A DNA stretch of 63,613 nt, filler included, from Porpidia crustulata (GCA_964255105.1; 11 parts of 11 records of this genome joined end to end with filler, not necessarily neighbours in it); one strand, 5' to 3'; shown: positions 24,309 through 37,800, counted from the whole stretch's first letter. The notes: a model not told the origin generated them from the sequence alone. Numbers and translations are program-made.

Positions 24309-25644
24309 GTGGAGTACGAACGGGCTTGTACTTTTTTCAGGGCGGTGAAGGTGTTTCTTTCTTCTTTGAGAACATTACTATCTGGAATATAGGTGACCGG
24401 CCCGGATTGGAAGTTATGGAGCCTCGGACTCCTAGCGGCAAGAGTGCTGTGCATGTCATGGTGCTTGGGTTAATGTGCGTATACTTTGCTGTCCCCGCAT
24501 GGACCTCAGCTTGGGCGCTGAGGTGCATTTCTGGAGGGTTGAGAAGCGCTACACCCATGTTTCTGCGCTCTTGCGTCTCAGCACGGTAGAGTGTTTGTAT
24601 TATCAGAGTTTCAATTTCGGATGTTTTTCCGTGCCTTGACCCTTCCTTCGATGCACTACGCCACGATGAATTGCAGCGAAGCACACCTATGAAGCCCCCC
24701 TTCCATACCAAGACGGACAAAAACTCCTTCTCCATCCTGCGTTGCACATGGTCTGCTTGGTCGTGGTTCGCGATCAGTAAGGTGGGGGAGTGAGATTATG
24801 CCTACTCAACTAGCGAGCGCCGTTTGGGCGCTCTGTACTCTACACCCTCCCGCCGCCCTTCAGCCTAGCCCACCACGCCGTCTAGGTTTCTAGCGCCAAA
24901 GTTGCCAAAATGAGTGGAGGGAGGCCCCTAGAGTTAGCTGGAAGCCTGGAAGTTCGCAGCTGAATGCCCCCAAAAGGCCCCCGGTGTCAATAGGTCCTCG
25001 CCTACATGAGCGACGAGTAGCTGTAGATGGCTCGTTTTAGTTCATGCTTTCAACATGGTCGTGGGGGTGTAGTCAAAATCGTGGTTGGACGAGCGAGCAA
25101 TTATTGGCCCGTTCGACGCTGGGGGCTCCGCGCGGCACAGTGAACCTTGTGTGCAGGATATCTAGCAGTCCTCCAGCTCACCACCGAAGCTCCTTGAAGT
25201 CAGAGAACACCCTCAACAAGTAAGATGTAAATCACTAGGCGTGCAAGGTAATCCAAGGCAACGCAGGTAGTACATTGTTCCATAAGGCGTGTCACATGCC
25301 GTACGTGGCACATTGGTGCATGTACGTGAATTACCATCCCGGAAACCTCGAAAAACCATCTCAAGCGACAGCTTTTATGGACCTTAATGACAGGGGATCT
25401 TTTGCATCCATTGTCCAGTGAGATCATGTGATTCTTTCGACTTATCTAAGGTACTTGAGGTACCTTACCCGGGTATCTACTTACCTTACGCGTCTCGTGC
25501 ACCTATGGTCAAAGTGCATGCTAATTCTCCCCGGTGTCAATCTCTCATCTCTCACCATTCTCTTCTCTCATCATCTAAGTATTTACTTATCTCCTCACAA
25601 GTCTTTCAACTTGATTACACCACGTTTTCTAGTTTTGCCTGTCT

Positions 25645-27081
25645 ATGGATCCAAATGCAGACTTGCGCTCCGTCGAGCAGAGTCTGACCGCGTTGACAAA
25701 ACGTATATCTGAGAATAATTCTATTGATCTCAAGACTCGTCGAGCTTTGCAGAAAGCCACTCAGAAACTCAGCAATGCCTTAGAAGAACCCGAAGATACT
25801 TTGCAACGCATTGCATTCTTGGTAATGCTCTCATCCTCTGCCACCATATCTTATTCATTGTCACATACTCACGAGTGATCCCCGACTACCTCAGCCTCTT
25901 CAAGCTACAGTCTACCACATCGCACTAGATCTTGGCCTGTTCAATAAGCTAGGGCAGGCTGGGCCGAGCGGCAAAACCATAGATGATCTTGAGAAGGATA
26001 CCGGCGCTGATCCAGTATTGCTAAGTTTGTCTCCTTTTCTTGACCTATTGGTTCCTTAGATTTCAATTCTAATTCGTGTGTGGTAGCTCGTATATTGAGA
26101 TATCTCACCGTTACGGGAGCCGTCGATCAGGTAGATCAAAATCGATACGTAGCAACGAACATCTCCAATGCTTTATCAGATCCAGTAAGACATGCAGGAG
26201 TGATACATAAGTGAGCATTGCGGTTCGTATGATGGGAAAAATGCGATAACTCGTCATAGTCACGACTTCGTAGGCCGGTCATTCTCCAAATTGCCGCAGT
26301 ACTTTGCAAAGACCAAGTACCACAACCCCACAGATGTCATGAACGGCCCTTTCCAATACGCATTTGACACGAAACTCAATGGCTTTGCGTGGATCATGCA
26401 GCCGGAAAATTCCACACTTCTCAACAATTTCAATACCTGGATGGGTGGTATCCACGTGGCTCACTGGCTTGACTGGTTCCCTCTTCAAGAAGAGGTGATC
26501 AAAGACTTGGATTCCGATGAAAATGCGGTCACTATGATTGATGTTGGAGGAGGGTTAGGACACGAGCTTTTAGAATTGAAAAAGAAATATCCCGAAATAC
26601 CAGGACGCCTGATTCTACAAGATTTATCGGAAACCATTAAAAGCGTGCCAGATACCAAAGCATTTGAGCGAACGGTACATGACTTCTTTACTCCACAACC
26701 AGTCATAGGTTAGTCTATTCTACTCTCCTTAATACAATATGCCATGTTCTAATACCGCGGTTTTTAGGGGCACGTGTATACTACCTGCGTCAAATCCTAC
26801 ACGATTGGCCCAACGAAAAATCTCAGATCGTACTCAAGAACCTCATTCCCGCCCTGCGCAAAGGCTATTCTAAGATCTTCATCAACGAGATCGTGATCCC
26901 TGATGTTGGGAGCGGTTCGAGAGAAATGCACTTGGACTGGACTATGCTGGCTTGTCTATCATCCATGGAGAGGACAGAGCAACAGTGGCGTGACCTTCTG
27001 TCTTCCGTCGGCTTGAAGATAGTCAAAATATGGCGTCACCCTGACTCGACAGAAAGTATCATTGAGGCTGTTCCCAGTTGA
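25645..27081 (+). CDS. Fungal secondary-metabolism O-methyltransferase (Methyltransf_2)
   Basis: LEEPEDTLQR, ALDLGLF, GADPVLL.RILRYL, IDVGGGLGH (SAM-binding), HDFFTPQP, YYLRQILHDWP, ERTEQQWRDLL. Four canonical introns. Confidence 0.93.
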
Positions 27082-28286
27082 TAGGCTCCCGAAATGCCGG
27101 CAGATAAGTACCCTCCAGAGGCATGTTTTATGAGTCCTCAGCAATTGGTTGTCATAGACAAGCAAATCTTGGGAGTATGCGCTTTGACATTCGTTTGCAT
27201 CAAGTCAAGCAAGTACTGAAAGGCTGTGAGAACAAGCGTAATTTGGTACTGCATGTGCTTTCCTGCTTTTAAGGAATAGTAGAAACGGATGATCAAAGTA
27301 CTTGATCATGCGGCGTTGCAAGCGCAGTGGTACACACGTGCCCTTTCAGATTCTTCGATACTCGTTACACAATCAAAAAAAACCGGTATAAATAACCAAG
27401 GTAAACAAGGTATTAAAAAGAATATCGAATTTCCAGGCATCCAGGCTAAGAGACCACGGTAGTCTGGATAAGTGGTGTGGTATGCTGCTTTGGCATCGGC
27501 AGCTAGTATGTCATGCATGCAGTTCAAGCATGCAGTCTGCAGAGCACTGAGCCAAACGATCCGAGCCCCATACGCAAGCAAGCAACGCAAAGTCCCCGCA
27601 TTGCATGGATCTCGAGCGACTGAGCGTCATTGTGTTCAAGCATCATGTCTCTTTTGTTCCTTTTTCTCGACATTTTACAACCCGACTGAGGCACAGCGTC
27701 CAGTAGTATCAGGAGATATATCTCCGATCATGGGAAATATCGGGCTGTTCCAAGCAACTTCATCAGGATCGTGATGACCTCAATACCATGTTCTGGATGT
27801 TTTGATCCGAAGATCGCATGGATCTCTCTGGAATACATGACATGTACGGCGTTATATGAACGGTGCTTGTGGCACGGTGCTCTGATCACTGCCAGATGTT
27901 CCAAAGAGCCAGTTCGTCGCCATGTGGGCCTCATGAAATCGAGCTCAGTACAGGAACGGATTGTACGCTAGACAACGTACCTCCTCACCATCGCTCTAGA
28001 TATGCATGTCCCAGTTCGCGTTAAAGTATCACGAATGCTTATCAGCCAAGACTCGAAATGAAGCAAAGACTATCGTGCTAGAGCCTACTTCTATGCATAG
28101 CAGATATGGGCTTGGTCTCATAGCTTTGAAGAAGCGGCTCTCCTCTGAGCGATGTGTTGAGGGCCAGTCAACAGGGTAGTAAGCGAAAAAGCGGTGTCAT
28201 CAAATTCAACATGCACAAGAAATGCCAGGTTCGCAGCTTTTCATTGTTCGCATGTATGTTTGGCGTCAAAGTCGCCGACGACCAGT

Positions 28287-28939
28287 ATGTTCTCTCTTAC
28301 ACCGCAGCGCGTAATCTCGCAAGCATATGCTCATCGATGCAAAGCCTTACCGTATCCAATCAGAAATCTTTCTTCAGTCACTCAAAGTCGGCGATTAGGT
28401 CGCTTACCACCGCCTTTCCTCGCGCGCTGTCCCAGCTTCAATGTCAAAGCCCCTTCTCACATTCGCATATGCCATGCAAACACCAATGCATCGTCTTATG
28501 AGCCCACAACTGAGCAATCGATAATCCAGCCAGCTTCAAGCTCATCCGCGCAATACAATGCTCCTACCAAGGGCATCCTCTCACGCCTTCCTTCATCCCT
28601 GGTTCCATATGCCGAGCTCATTCGTTTGGACAAGCCCACCGGCACTTACTATCTCTATCTACCTTGTCTCTTCTCCACTCTCCTCGCCGGCCTCCTATCA
28701 TCACCAATCCCGCCGCCAAGCTTGATCCTCAGCACAAACGCCCTCTTCTTCATTGGCTCCGTCATATTCCGCGGCGCCGCCTGCACCTGGAACGACACTC
28801 TTGACCGTGACCTCGACGCTAAAGTGACACGCACCCGCCTCCGCCCTCTTCCCCGCGGTGCCGTCACCGCAACCCAAGCCCACGCCTGGACCGGCCTCCA
28901 GCTCCTCGCCGGTACCACCCTCCTCGCCACCGCCTTCCC
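28287..28939 (+). CDS. UbiA-family polyprenyltransferase (Coq2-like), 3' truncated
   Basis: Basic presequence-like N-terminus; PYAELIRLDKPTGTYYLYLPCLFSTLLA; RGAACTWNDTLDRDLD (first Asp-rich motif); RTRLRPLPRGAV. Confidence 0.88.
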
Positions 28940-29039
28940 NNNNNNNNNNNNNNNNNNNNNNNNNNNNNNNNNNNNNNNNNNNNTTAATTAATTAANNNNN
29001 NNNNNNNNNNNNNNNNNNNNNNNNNNNNNNNNNNNNNNN
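28940..29039. other. Artificial contig linker
   Basis: N44-TTAATTAATTAA-N44. Confidence 0.99.
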
Positions 29040-32000
29040 GGTGTGGGTGGTGGGGGTGGATTTTTTGGGTTTGGATTTTGATTTTGGTTTTGGTTTGGGA
29101 GGCGGAGATGGGTCGATGTCCATGGGATCTGGTGGTTCGTCGCCGTCCGGATTGGGCTCGGTTTGCGCTGCTGGCTTTGCTACGGAGGGTGAGACGTCGA
29201 GGTCGGATGCATCCTCTTCCTCTTCCTCTTTTTCCGTCCCGTCGCTGAACGCCTTGCTTGGCATGACCTCGCCATCGACCTCCCACTCCAATACCTCCAT
29301 TTCTTCATCGTCATCCTCACTGTCGCGTTCGGCATAGGTTTTTCCGCCAACAGGCTTCACCCTTCCGCTTGTTCGTCGCTCGCTAGATGTCACCTCGTCG
29401 GATGCCCGCTTCACAGGTCTCTTGGGCGTTCGCGTAGATGCTTTTGCTGCAGCTTTCTTCTCTTTGGGCACTGCTTTGCCAACTTTTGGTGACCGCTTTG
29501 CCCGCTTGCTTTCTCTACCCTCATTGTGGTGATCCCCAATTTCGCTACGACGCTTTTTGCTTCCGTGACTCTTACGTAGGCTTCGACGAACGAGAACCTC
29601 GACGCCTTCTTCGACGCCTTCGGGGAGGTGGTTGCGCTCTGCGATTCGCTGGGCTTCCTCGTGGGATTTAATCTCCACGAATAGGGAGAAAGGCAGGCGA
29701 ATCTTTGCTGGTAGAGTCTGGATGTTCCAAGAGTGCGCGTCTTCGAATTTGCGGATCGTGAGCTGGGCTAGGTCGCTGAGGTGGTACAGATTGTCGTCGA
29801 GATTAGCTATATGGTCAGAAGAGGAACTTGTAGGTATTATTGCGTCACGACATTGCTTGACACGCTGCGCTACGTGGTAGATGAGGGAAATATTTTCTTC
29901 AGTCGCAACGTTTTGAAGGTAGAAAATCATGTAGCGAGCGAAGTCGAGAAGATTGTCAGTTGTTGAGTCGTAGTCAGGGTGGTGAGCAAGGAGAGAAAGT
30001 AGACGGGCAAAGACAGATTCCATCAGGGTGTTTGCTTTTCCACTAGACGCATGGCCAGTCGATTGCGACTTGAGAGTCAAGAAATATACCGCACGGCTTC
30101 GGATCCACGTCACGGTCTCGTTTTTTAGTCGATCGTTGGGTTCGAAAGCAAGGAGAAATGGTATGGCGTAAAAGCGTTGGGGAAGCTTCTGCTGCCCGAG
30201 GTATTTCCTGAGTCTCTGGAGGAAGCCTGCACGCACGTGGTATTCAGCATCTTGAGCAACTACGGCCAGGCCATTGAAGGCGGCAGGGCTGAGAAGAGCG
30301 TCGTGGGTTCTCTTGATACAGAGTTTGAGGTAAAGACGAGCTGCAGCTAGACGAAGACGTGGTTTATGAGAGGGAGGTGTGTTCCTCGCACTGGCTAATT
30401 CGCCATCATTGCGGATGAGAGTAGAGAGGAGATTGTACACTGGTTCGGCGGCTTCTGCTAATGTAGACTCTGTCGGATGCGAACGCAGGCGGTTGACTAA
30501 GATCTTCAGTGCCAAACATTTGGCAGTACATTCCGTATCAACCTCGGCAGACCATTTATACTCATCTGGAGCCTCCTTTGAGGGCGCGCGGACTTGGAGC
30601 AGGATCTGTTTGATGGCAATGTCAATGACAGCGTCACTCTCCTCATCGACTTGATCAGGTGCAAGAAGCATGAGCTGAGAGAGGGTCGCAAGGCGTGACA
30701 AGAAACCATCCCCGCCATATTCGAATCCCTTGATGCACTTGCGTACAAGCTCTTTGGCAAGCAATTCTTTTTTGTCCGATACGGCCATGATAATCGAGAC
30801 TGCTGCCTTAGCTGCTTCGGGCGGCGATCCATACATTGCGAAGCTTGTCATTGCTTGCAAGAATTTCCGATCTCGAGAGACATCCTTGGGAAACTTAGAT
30901 GCAAACGATGCGCAAGCCTTCAAGTCGTCGACAGCGCCCGGACCGTTCGCCTTCTTAGCATTCGGCGCTTCGTCCTGTAGGTTCTTGCAAATCTCTTGCA
31001 CATGGGCTTTCAAGACTTCGGGTGTCTTGGAGGATATTTCTCGTAGGATTTCATGCGCTGTGCTAGCCAAGGATTTGTCGTCGGTCCTAGAGTATTCCAT
31101 TGTTGCTGGAACGTGGCTTTTATTATAGGCGAGGACGCTGGCTCGATAGAGAAGGGGAGTCATAGTCTCTAGCAGACTAGGTGGTGCATTCGTTGATGAT
31201 TCGAGCCGTTTGGTGAATTCTTTCTGCAAAGACGCCCATTTTAGCAGGCACTCATGACTGAAGTACAAGATTGAGAACTTACTATAGCTTTGGAAACGGT
31301 TCTGAAGTCACTCTCAGGGGCCATGCAAAAGCGGATGAGCTGGTAGCTGCGCCGATCGTGCATCTTTGCAAATTTCCAGAGATCGGCTGAGGCCTTGGAC
31401 GAATCTGGTAGCGTTTTGGCGAAGCTGTCTATGAGTCGACCCATATGCTCCTTGATTTGGGTCTCGTTCTCGTCCATGACACCGCCCTTGAATATGTCAG
31501 TACTTGATCCACAACAATATGCATTAGTGGGCCTACATTGTAATCCTCACAACGCTGTAAGTATGCAGTCATTACTTTAGAGAGCAAAGACTGTCGGTCC
31601 TGAAAAGCAAGGAAAACCCTCCTTGATCTCTCATCTAGATATTTGACGAAGATGAGCATCCGCTCAGTCCATAGACTATCCGGATCAGCGCCTTCTGTTT
31701 CCTTGTCTCCATTCATCTGACTGTCCTTGGCTTTCTGAGAGTTGCCACTAGTGGTCTTCAAACCCTTCGCTTTACTTGGTGGATAGTAAATTGGTAGCAA
31801 ATCCTCAAACATGACATGATCAAGAAGAGCGTTAATCTCCAGATTATTGGCGTAGTAAGCCTCGAGTATCTTAGTGGGAGCCGCACCGATTGTTGCAATG
31901 ACTTGCGCATTGCCTGCTGCTATATCTCCTGCTGCTACACCCCAAATGCGACCCAAAATTGTCATCGCCTCTACGCGTACGCTTTGTTTGAGATCCCGCA

Positions 32001-33652
32001 CTCGCTCAGCCAAGACTGCAAGCACAGACCCTGAGTCGCTCACACCGCCCGAAGAGCCAAGTTTGGTGACGACATCTTTGTAACTGAAAAGCCCCACAAC
32101 TTTCACAGCTGCAAGGCGGACCTTGTCGTCAAGATCTCCCATCATACGGGCGATATCTGAGACCAGACGAGTCTCCTCCTGCTGGTCCAGACCTGTGCCC
32201 CCAGCTGATGTAATAAGAATTTGCCCTACACCGATGGTCCATGCGGAACGAATGACCGGAGATTTATCAAGCCTCCTACCAAGGAAATTGGAGTATGCTT
32301 GAGGGTGTGCTCGTGAAAATGGCTGAGGCGATGACGGCTTTGTCAATATATTCGTGTTTGCTGGAGTCTCCACGGGATCGAAGACGCTTTGCGGAGGGTA
32401 CATGGCAGGATCCATCACAGGAGGTGGCGGCAGGCCTACCGCTCCAATTCCCGATATAACATCACCCAAAGTTTCCGTGGCAAGCAAGCGTAAATGAACA
32501 TTTTCAGCTGACAGCTCCGCTTCCAGCTGCGGTACCACATTTTGCAAAACTGCAGGACTTGCGCGCCACAGCTCTCGGAGGAGCTGATGAACTTTGTGTA
32601 GCTCCTTCAAGTCTTCCTCCGTTGGCCCATTTGGCACATCATCTTCTGAGTCGTCTAAGCTGTTCCTTCGCTTCGGCTTTTTGCTTACGTCTTTCGCGCC
32701 GGACGATGTCGATGCATCCACTATCACATCGTTGAAATACTGACTGATGTAGCGGGACATTTTGTCTGGACATGTGTTACAAATCGTCTTTGCCATATTA
32801 TAAGCTGGTGGCAGCTCCTTCATCACCAACTTGGACTGTTTGTCGTCTACTGCAGGGAGATGACCATTTTTCTTGATTTTGCCGGTAGTACCATTCACAG
32901 CACGGGGATCGGCTCGGAGAAACTGTGCCACTATTATGTCAATTACATCAGGGGGCAAATTCGAGGTTTCATCCACCATAATGGTCAAAATACTAGCCAT
33001 GTTGAATTCTGCCTGTTTCCCCACTTGCTCACCCGTTGAGGACTTTGACGAGCCGGATAGGATATCAAAAAAGATGGCGAATAAATTGTAGATCAAGACT
33101 TCCGATGACGGTATATCCGTAAGTAGGACAATACTTTTCACTTGCGCCAGCGATTCCAGCACGTGCAGGTGCTGGATATTGTAGGCGTTCGACGGGTCCG
33201 ATAGCGCCGGGATTATCGTAGTAATAAACATGTTGAAAATCTCCTGCAATGCTGTAAGCTTCCACTGCCTCACCCTGGCTCAATCGACTGCAGGAACCAA
33301 CCTTCAATTGCTGCCCGGTGTAAGGCGCGTCCGGAGCGCAAAGTCTCAATATCTCCACCAAACAGGCCGCGGTCCACGCTCTCACTCCCTTATCTTTATG
33401 CGCCAAGAGGTTCGGACTCGCAAGCTGCTTGGCCACGTTTGTGAAAGACTGTCGCTCATTTTCCTCCTGTTCCAAATCCCGCATTTCTTTCCACAGCGTC
33501 TGCAGTCTTCGTAGGAGCTCGGCCACGGGTATGGACTTGCCAGCGCGCCATGATAGCGGTTCGTTGAATTGAAGGCCGGGCATTTCCTGTTGCTGCTCTT
33601 CTTCGTCATCCATGACTTCTGTAGCTGCTGAAGCAGCGGCTCTTGCGGGCAT
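29040..33652 (-). CDS. PDS5: Sister chromatid cohesion protein Pds5 (Spo76/BimD); extreme C-terminus truncated
   Basis: LQFNEPLSWRAGKSIP..ELLRRL; HKDKGVRAWTAACLVEILRLCAPDAPYT; VVPQLEAELS; RLLATETLG; LLAHHPDY; ENISLIYHVAQRVKQ; K/E-rich tail. Three canonical introns. Confidence 0.96.
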
Positions 33653-33883
33653 CTCGTAAGCTGGGGGCGCACGCTGATCTTCAAATCATTACTCGAATTC
33701 TGCACTTTGCATTGGGGCTTCCTGGGTATCGTCGAGTGTCATAATGACATCTGAATTGAAAGCAGTATCACAATGGGTGACACAACATATCTAGTGATTG
33801 ATCGAGTCCGGGCGCGTCTGATCGTGAATTACTGCCATTGGCGCGTCCAAACTACTCTGGGGTAATGTATTCGCTAGCATCTT

Positions 33884-33960
33884 TTATCCATGCATAATTC
33901 TCATGCTAACCCCTTATCCCCTTATCCCCATCCCTTTACCCTTATCTCGCCTATCGATAG
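33884..33960. promoter_or_regulatory. Cluster of GATA motifs (putative AreA/NIT2 sites) upstream of the agmatinase gene
   Basis: TTATC 33884; CTTATC 33913, 33921, 33941; CTATCGATAG 33951-33960. Located about 110-190 bp upstream of ATG 34070. Confidence 0.45.
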
Positions 33961-34069
33961 CCTACAAGCAGTTTTTGTTAGGCTACTTGGTCCCACTGCG
34001 CCGTTACTCCTAGATGGGACTGCGCTCTGTATCATTTTCTCATCATTGCAGACGCAACACCTACTCAAG

Positions 34070-34742
34070 ATGGGCTTCCGCAATCTGAGTCTGGCTTCAA
34101 TTGGCCTGCTCCTGATCAGAGCTTCAATCTGCGGTTCCTTCTACGACAACCCCGAGCAAGATGTGTTCCCCCCCAAAGACACCAAGGAAGAGCTCCACAA
34201 TAAGTGGGATTTTGAGGTGAATCTATCTTCAACTTCGAATTGTTTCTGCAGATGAGGAGCATGCTATTTACGGGATATAATGGGAGATCTAACGCCATTG
34301 TAGTGGGGATTCTCTGGGATTTCAACGTTCGCTCATTTGAACCACGTCAAATGCTTGAGTAACCGAGACGTGCCATTTGATATTGGGATCATTGGGGCGC
34401 CGTTTGATACGGCTGTGAGCTATAGACCTGGTCAGTAGCAACTGAACTCTTTTCATTGCTTGCCGTCAGCGGTTGTGATTCTGCGGACAAGATCAAAAAG
34501 ATCCCATATATATAATGTTCTTATCTAAGCCAAAAGTTCTCTCCTATCTACGTTCTTGTCCTCCTGTCTCGAGGTTTTTCTCATGAAGCTTCAAGATACT
34601 ACTCCATATCATGTGTAATTTGATTCTAGATCATGATTCGTTACTTGGCCATCCGTTCTTGCTACAATTGAGATCTACCCCTTTCCCTCAAACCTCTCAT
34701 TCCAACACCATCTCCCTATCATCCTAACCCCCACCCCCCAGG
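34070..34742 (+). CDS. Agmatinase / ureohydrolase (arginase superfamily) with signal peptide; only the 5' part is present
   Basis: Exon 34070-34216 MGFRNLSL...[10 protein letters not shown]; exon 34304-34430 [18 protein letters not shown]...[19 protein letters not shown]; intron 34431-34741. Confidence 0.88.
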
Positions 34743-34842
34743 NNNNNNNNNNNNNNNNNNNNNNNNNNNNNNNNNNNNNNNNNNNNTTAATTAATTAANN
34801 NNNNNNNNNNNNNNNNNNNNNNNNNNNNNNNNNNNNNNNNNN
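34743..34842. other. Artificial contig linker
   Basis: N44-TTAATTAATTAA-N44. Confidence 0.99.
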
Positions 34843-37800
34843 ATCCCCAACTCATGCCTATTCAACTTCTCCTCATCCATATTCGGATAATACGGAATCA
34901 TACTATCCGCCGACTGCACATACGCGTTATTATACAGCCTCCAATACGGCGCCCGGACTTTCCTCGCCGGGTGGAAGATGCCGGCCCAGACGTAGTTCAT
35001 GACCATTCCCGGGCCGATGGCCATGCGGATGGCATCGATGGCCTCGATGATCCGGTCGATCACGTGGGGGGACGTCTCGAAGAGGTTGGGGTACAGGAGG
35101 TTGAGCAGGTGCAGCATGGCGTCTTCGCAGCCGAGGCCGACGACGCCGAGCGCGACGTGCTTGACCACCGAGGCGGCGGTTTGCCGATGGACCTGGTCGC
35201 GGTCGATGAGGGCGTCTTCGAGGAGGGGGGTGACGGCGTAGACGTAGTCTTTTGCCATTTCGCCAATGTATTCGAAAAGGAAGGAGAGGGATTTGAGGAC
35301 GCCGTTTTGGACGTTGAGTTCGGGGACGCGGTACTCGTTCATTAGGGCAGGAAGGACGGTGAATGGGGCGCATGTTTCGGCAACGATGCCGATGGCGACT
35401 GCAGTGCAGACTCGGGATTGACGCTCTTGGACGCGAAGGTTGTTCAGGAGAGTGGCGAGGACGTCCTGGGGCCCGATAGCTTTCGCAATGAAGCCGAAGG
35501 TATTATTGGCGGCTCGGCGGATACCCCTGGGAAGTACGATATTAGCACAGACATCAAAGGAATTGACAGGAATTGACATCACATACTTTTTGTGAGCCTT
35601 CAACATATCAAGTAGCTCAAAGCAAATCCGCATCCATTCTCTTGCATTAACACTTTCAGGACCTCGATCTGCAATACGGCCAACAAGATCGATAGTATTT
35701 TCCTGCACTTTCTCATGACGATTTCGAAGAATAGGCGTCAGTCGTGGGAGAAGGTCTTTGATGGGTGGTTGCATGGAGTTTATGCCAACGACTGTAACAA
35801 TTGAACGTAGAGCACCAAGTATAGATCCAAGCACTTCAGGGTATTCCTCTCCCAGGTACTCGTAGAGTACAATACCAAGTTTTCCCATCAATGCATCTTC
35901 TCCACACTGTTTCATCACCATGGCTATGCGGGAGATCAGATCAGCAGCCTGTTGACGGACAGTAGCAGATTTGTTATTAAGTCGCCATAGAATGGTACTG
36001 ACGATTTGCGGTAGATAAGGTTTGCATCGGGTCCCCAGGGCGTTGACGACGGTACCAAAGCCATTAAGCATTACGATGTCCTCAACGCTCTGCTCCTGGA
36101 AAGAGTGAAGAACCCCATCAATCAGGCGCTCCTCCAGTCGCTCACCGATATCCGCAGCACCAAGACTAGCAATAACTTTCTCGATGGTTTCAAGTGTCAT
36201 CTTGCGGTAAGCCTCGCTCTCATCCTTGAGGTTATTGACTATTCTCTCAACGATCTCACCGACACCCACTTTCTGCCCTAAGTCGACAGTGGTCTCTACT
36301 ACCTGTCTGTAATTCCTCTTGTCCAATGCCATTCTCCGCACCCAGAAGCTTTTAAAGAATTCAGTGAGGACATGTTCCTTCAGATAGCCAGCAGTGACAC
36401 CGTCAGTACCCGCACACTGTGAGACAACCTTGAGGACTACTTTCTTCATCTCTTCATCAGGCGAAGAAAATTCTCGAAGAAGGATTTCCATGATTTGGCT
36501 TGTATAGTAATTGGCGTATTCTTCGTCCATCAAGGGTATGATATAGCCCACAGCCTTAAGGAAACCCGCTAGACCCTTCCCTCGCTGCTTTCGAGCACCT
36601 GTCCAGAGAGGGTTGAGGATGTCATCAAAGCTCTCAATACCATACGGGTTTGCAGCCTCAGCAAGTGCGGCAATTGCAAGACTGGTAACAGTGCGGACTT
36701 TAGCTTGCTCGTCGCTCAGATTGTCTCCAATACAATCGACCAAACCCTTTAGATGGGGTAGGATAGCACATCCCATAAGGATTGGAATCTGTTGAACGAT
36801 CTTGACCCCAGTATGCCTTGCTTGCCAAGACTTCTTGCTTCGACACACGGCTCGCAAGAATGGCAGCAAAGCTGGGATACCAAGAGCCGAAGCAACCACG
36901 GCAAAGGCACGGGCAGTAGTATTTCGCACGTACTCATCAACGTGATCGATATCGGGTCTCATAGTACTGATCATGTGTGCCAGACCAGCCGCTTTACTGA
37001 GGTTGGAGATAATCTCACGACCTTCGACACGAGCATAGTAATCTTGATCAATGAGCAGAGGCTCTATAACGACAAGGATCTTGTGGACATAAGGGCGTAC
37101 TAGGTCATCAAGCTTGTATAAAACACGGTCAATGACCTTTACCAACAGATGTCGCTCTTGATCTTCCAGCGTTTTCTCCATCAACAACGGAAGGATCTGG
37201 TTGAATAAGGGGCCTGCGCCAAATTGGCGCGCGTTGTCGGTAAGCTGACGTAGAGCAGTCTTCCGCATCGGAGGTGTTCCATTCTTGACTTTCAAGAGAA
37301 GGCGCATTATTTTCCTCTCCTTGAGCTCTTCCACCGACATTGCATTCTCATCTCCACCATCGACCAGTTTGCCGAAGTAAGCCATATCCTCAGCCTTGAA
37401 GAATTGAAGGTCACCGACACCAGGAATCTCGGTAGGGAGTTGTTTACCCATTGCCCGAGCGCTTTCCGGCTCCTGCATCATGAATCCACCGAATCCAGTC
37501 GAGCTTGCAATCGGCGCAGGTGTACTCATAAGCTTGCGGGCAGGTGTTCGAATTGGCGCGTATCCGGGAGGTGGATCAAGCACTTTGTAGCCCTCACTTG
37601 GTAGCATGAGATCGAGTTCTTCGTCCGACAAGGGTGCGTTTCGTGAGGAAATGTCCGTCCCAAATGCGGTAGGTATCATGGCACCCACTGATTGAGATGG
37701 GTGCATAGGAGTTGCGAGGCCATGCTGACCTATCGGAGTAGCGTCACCCAGTGATGGTGCTTGATCCCATCTTGAGCGTCTCGGTGTGGCGTCGACAGCA

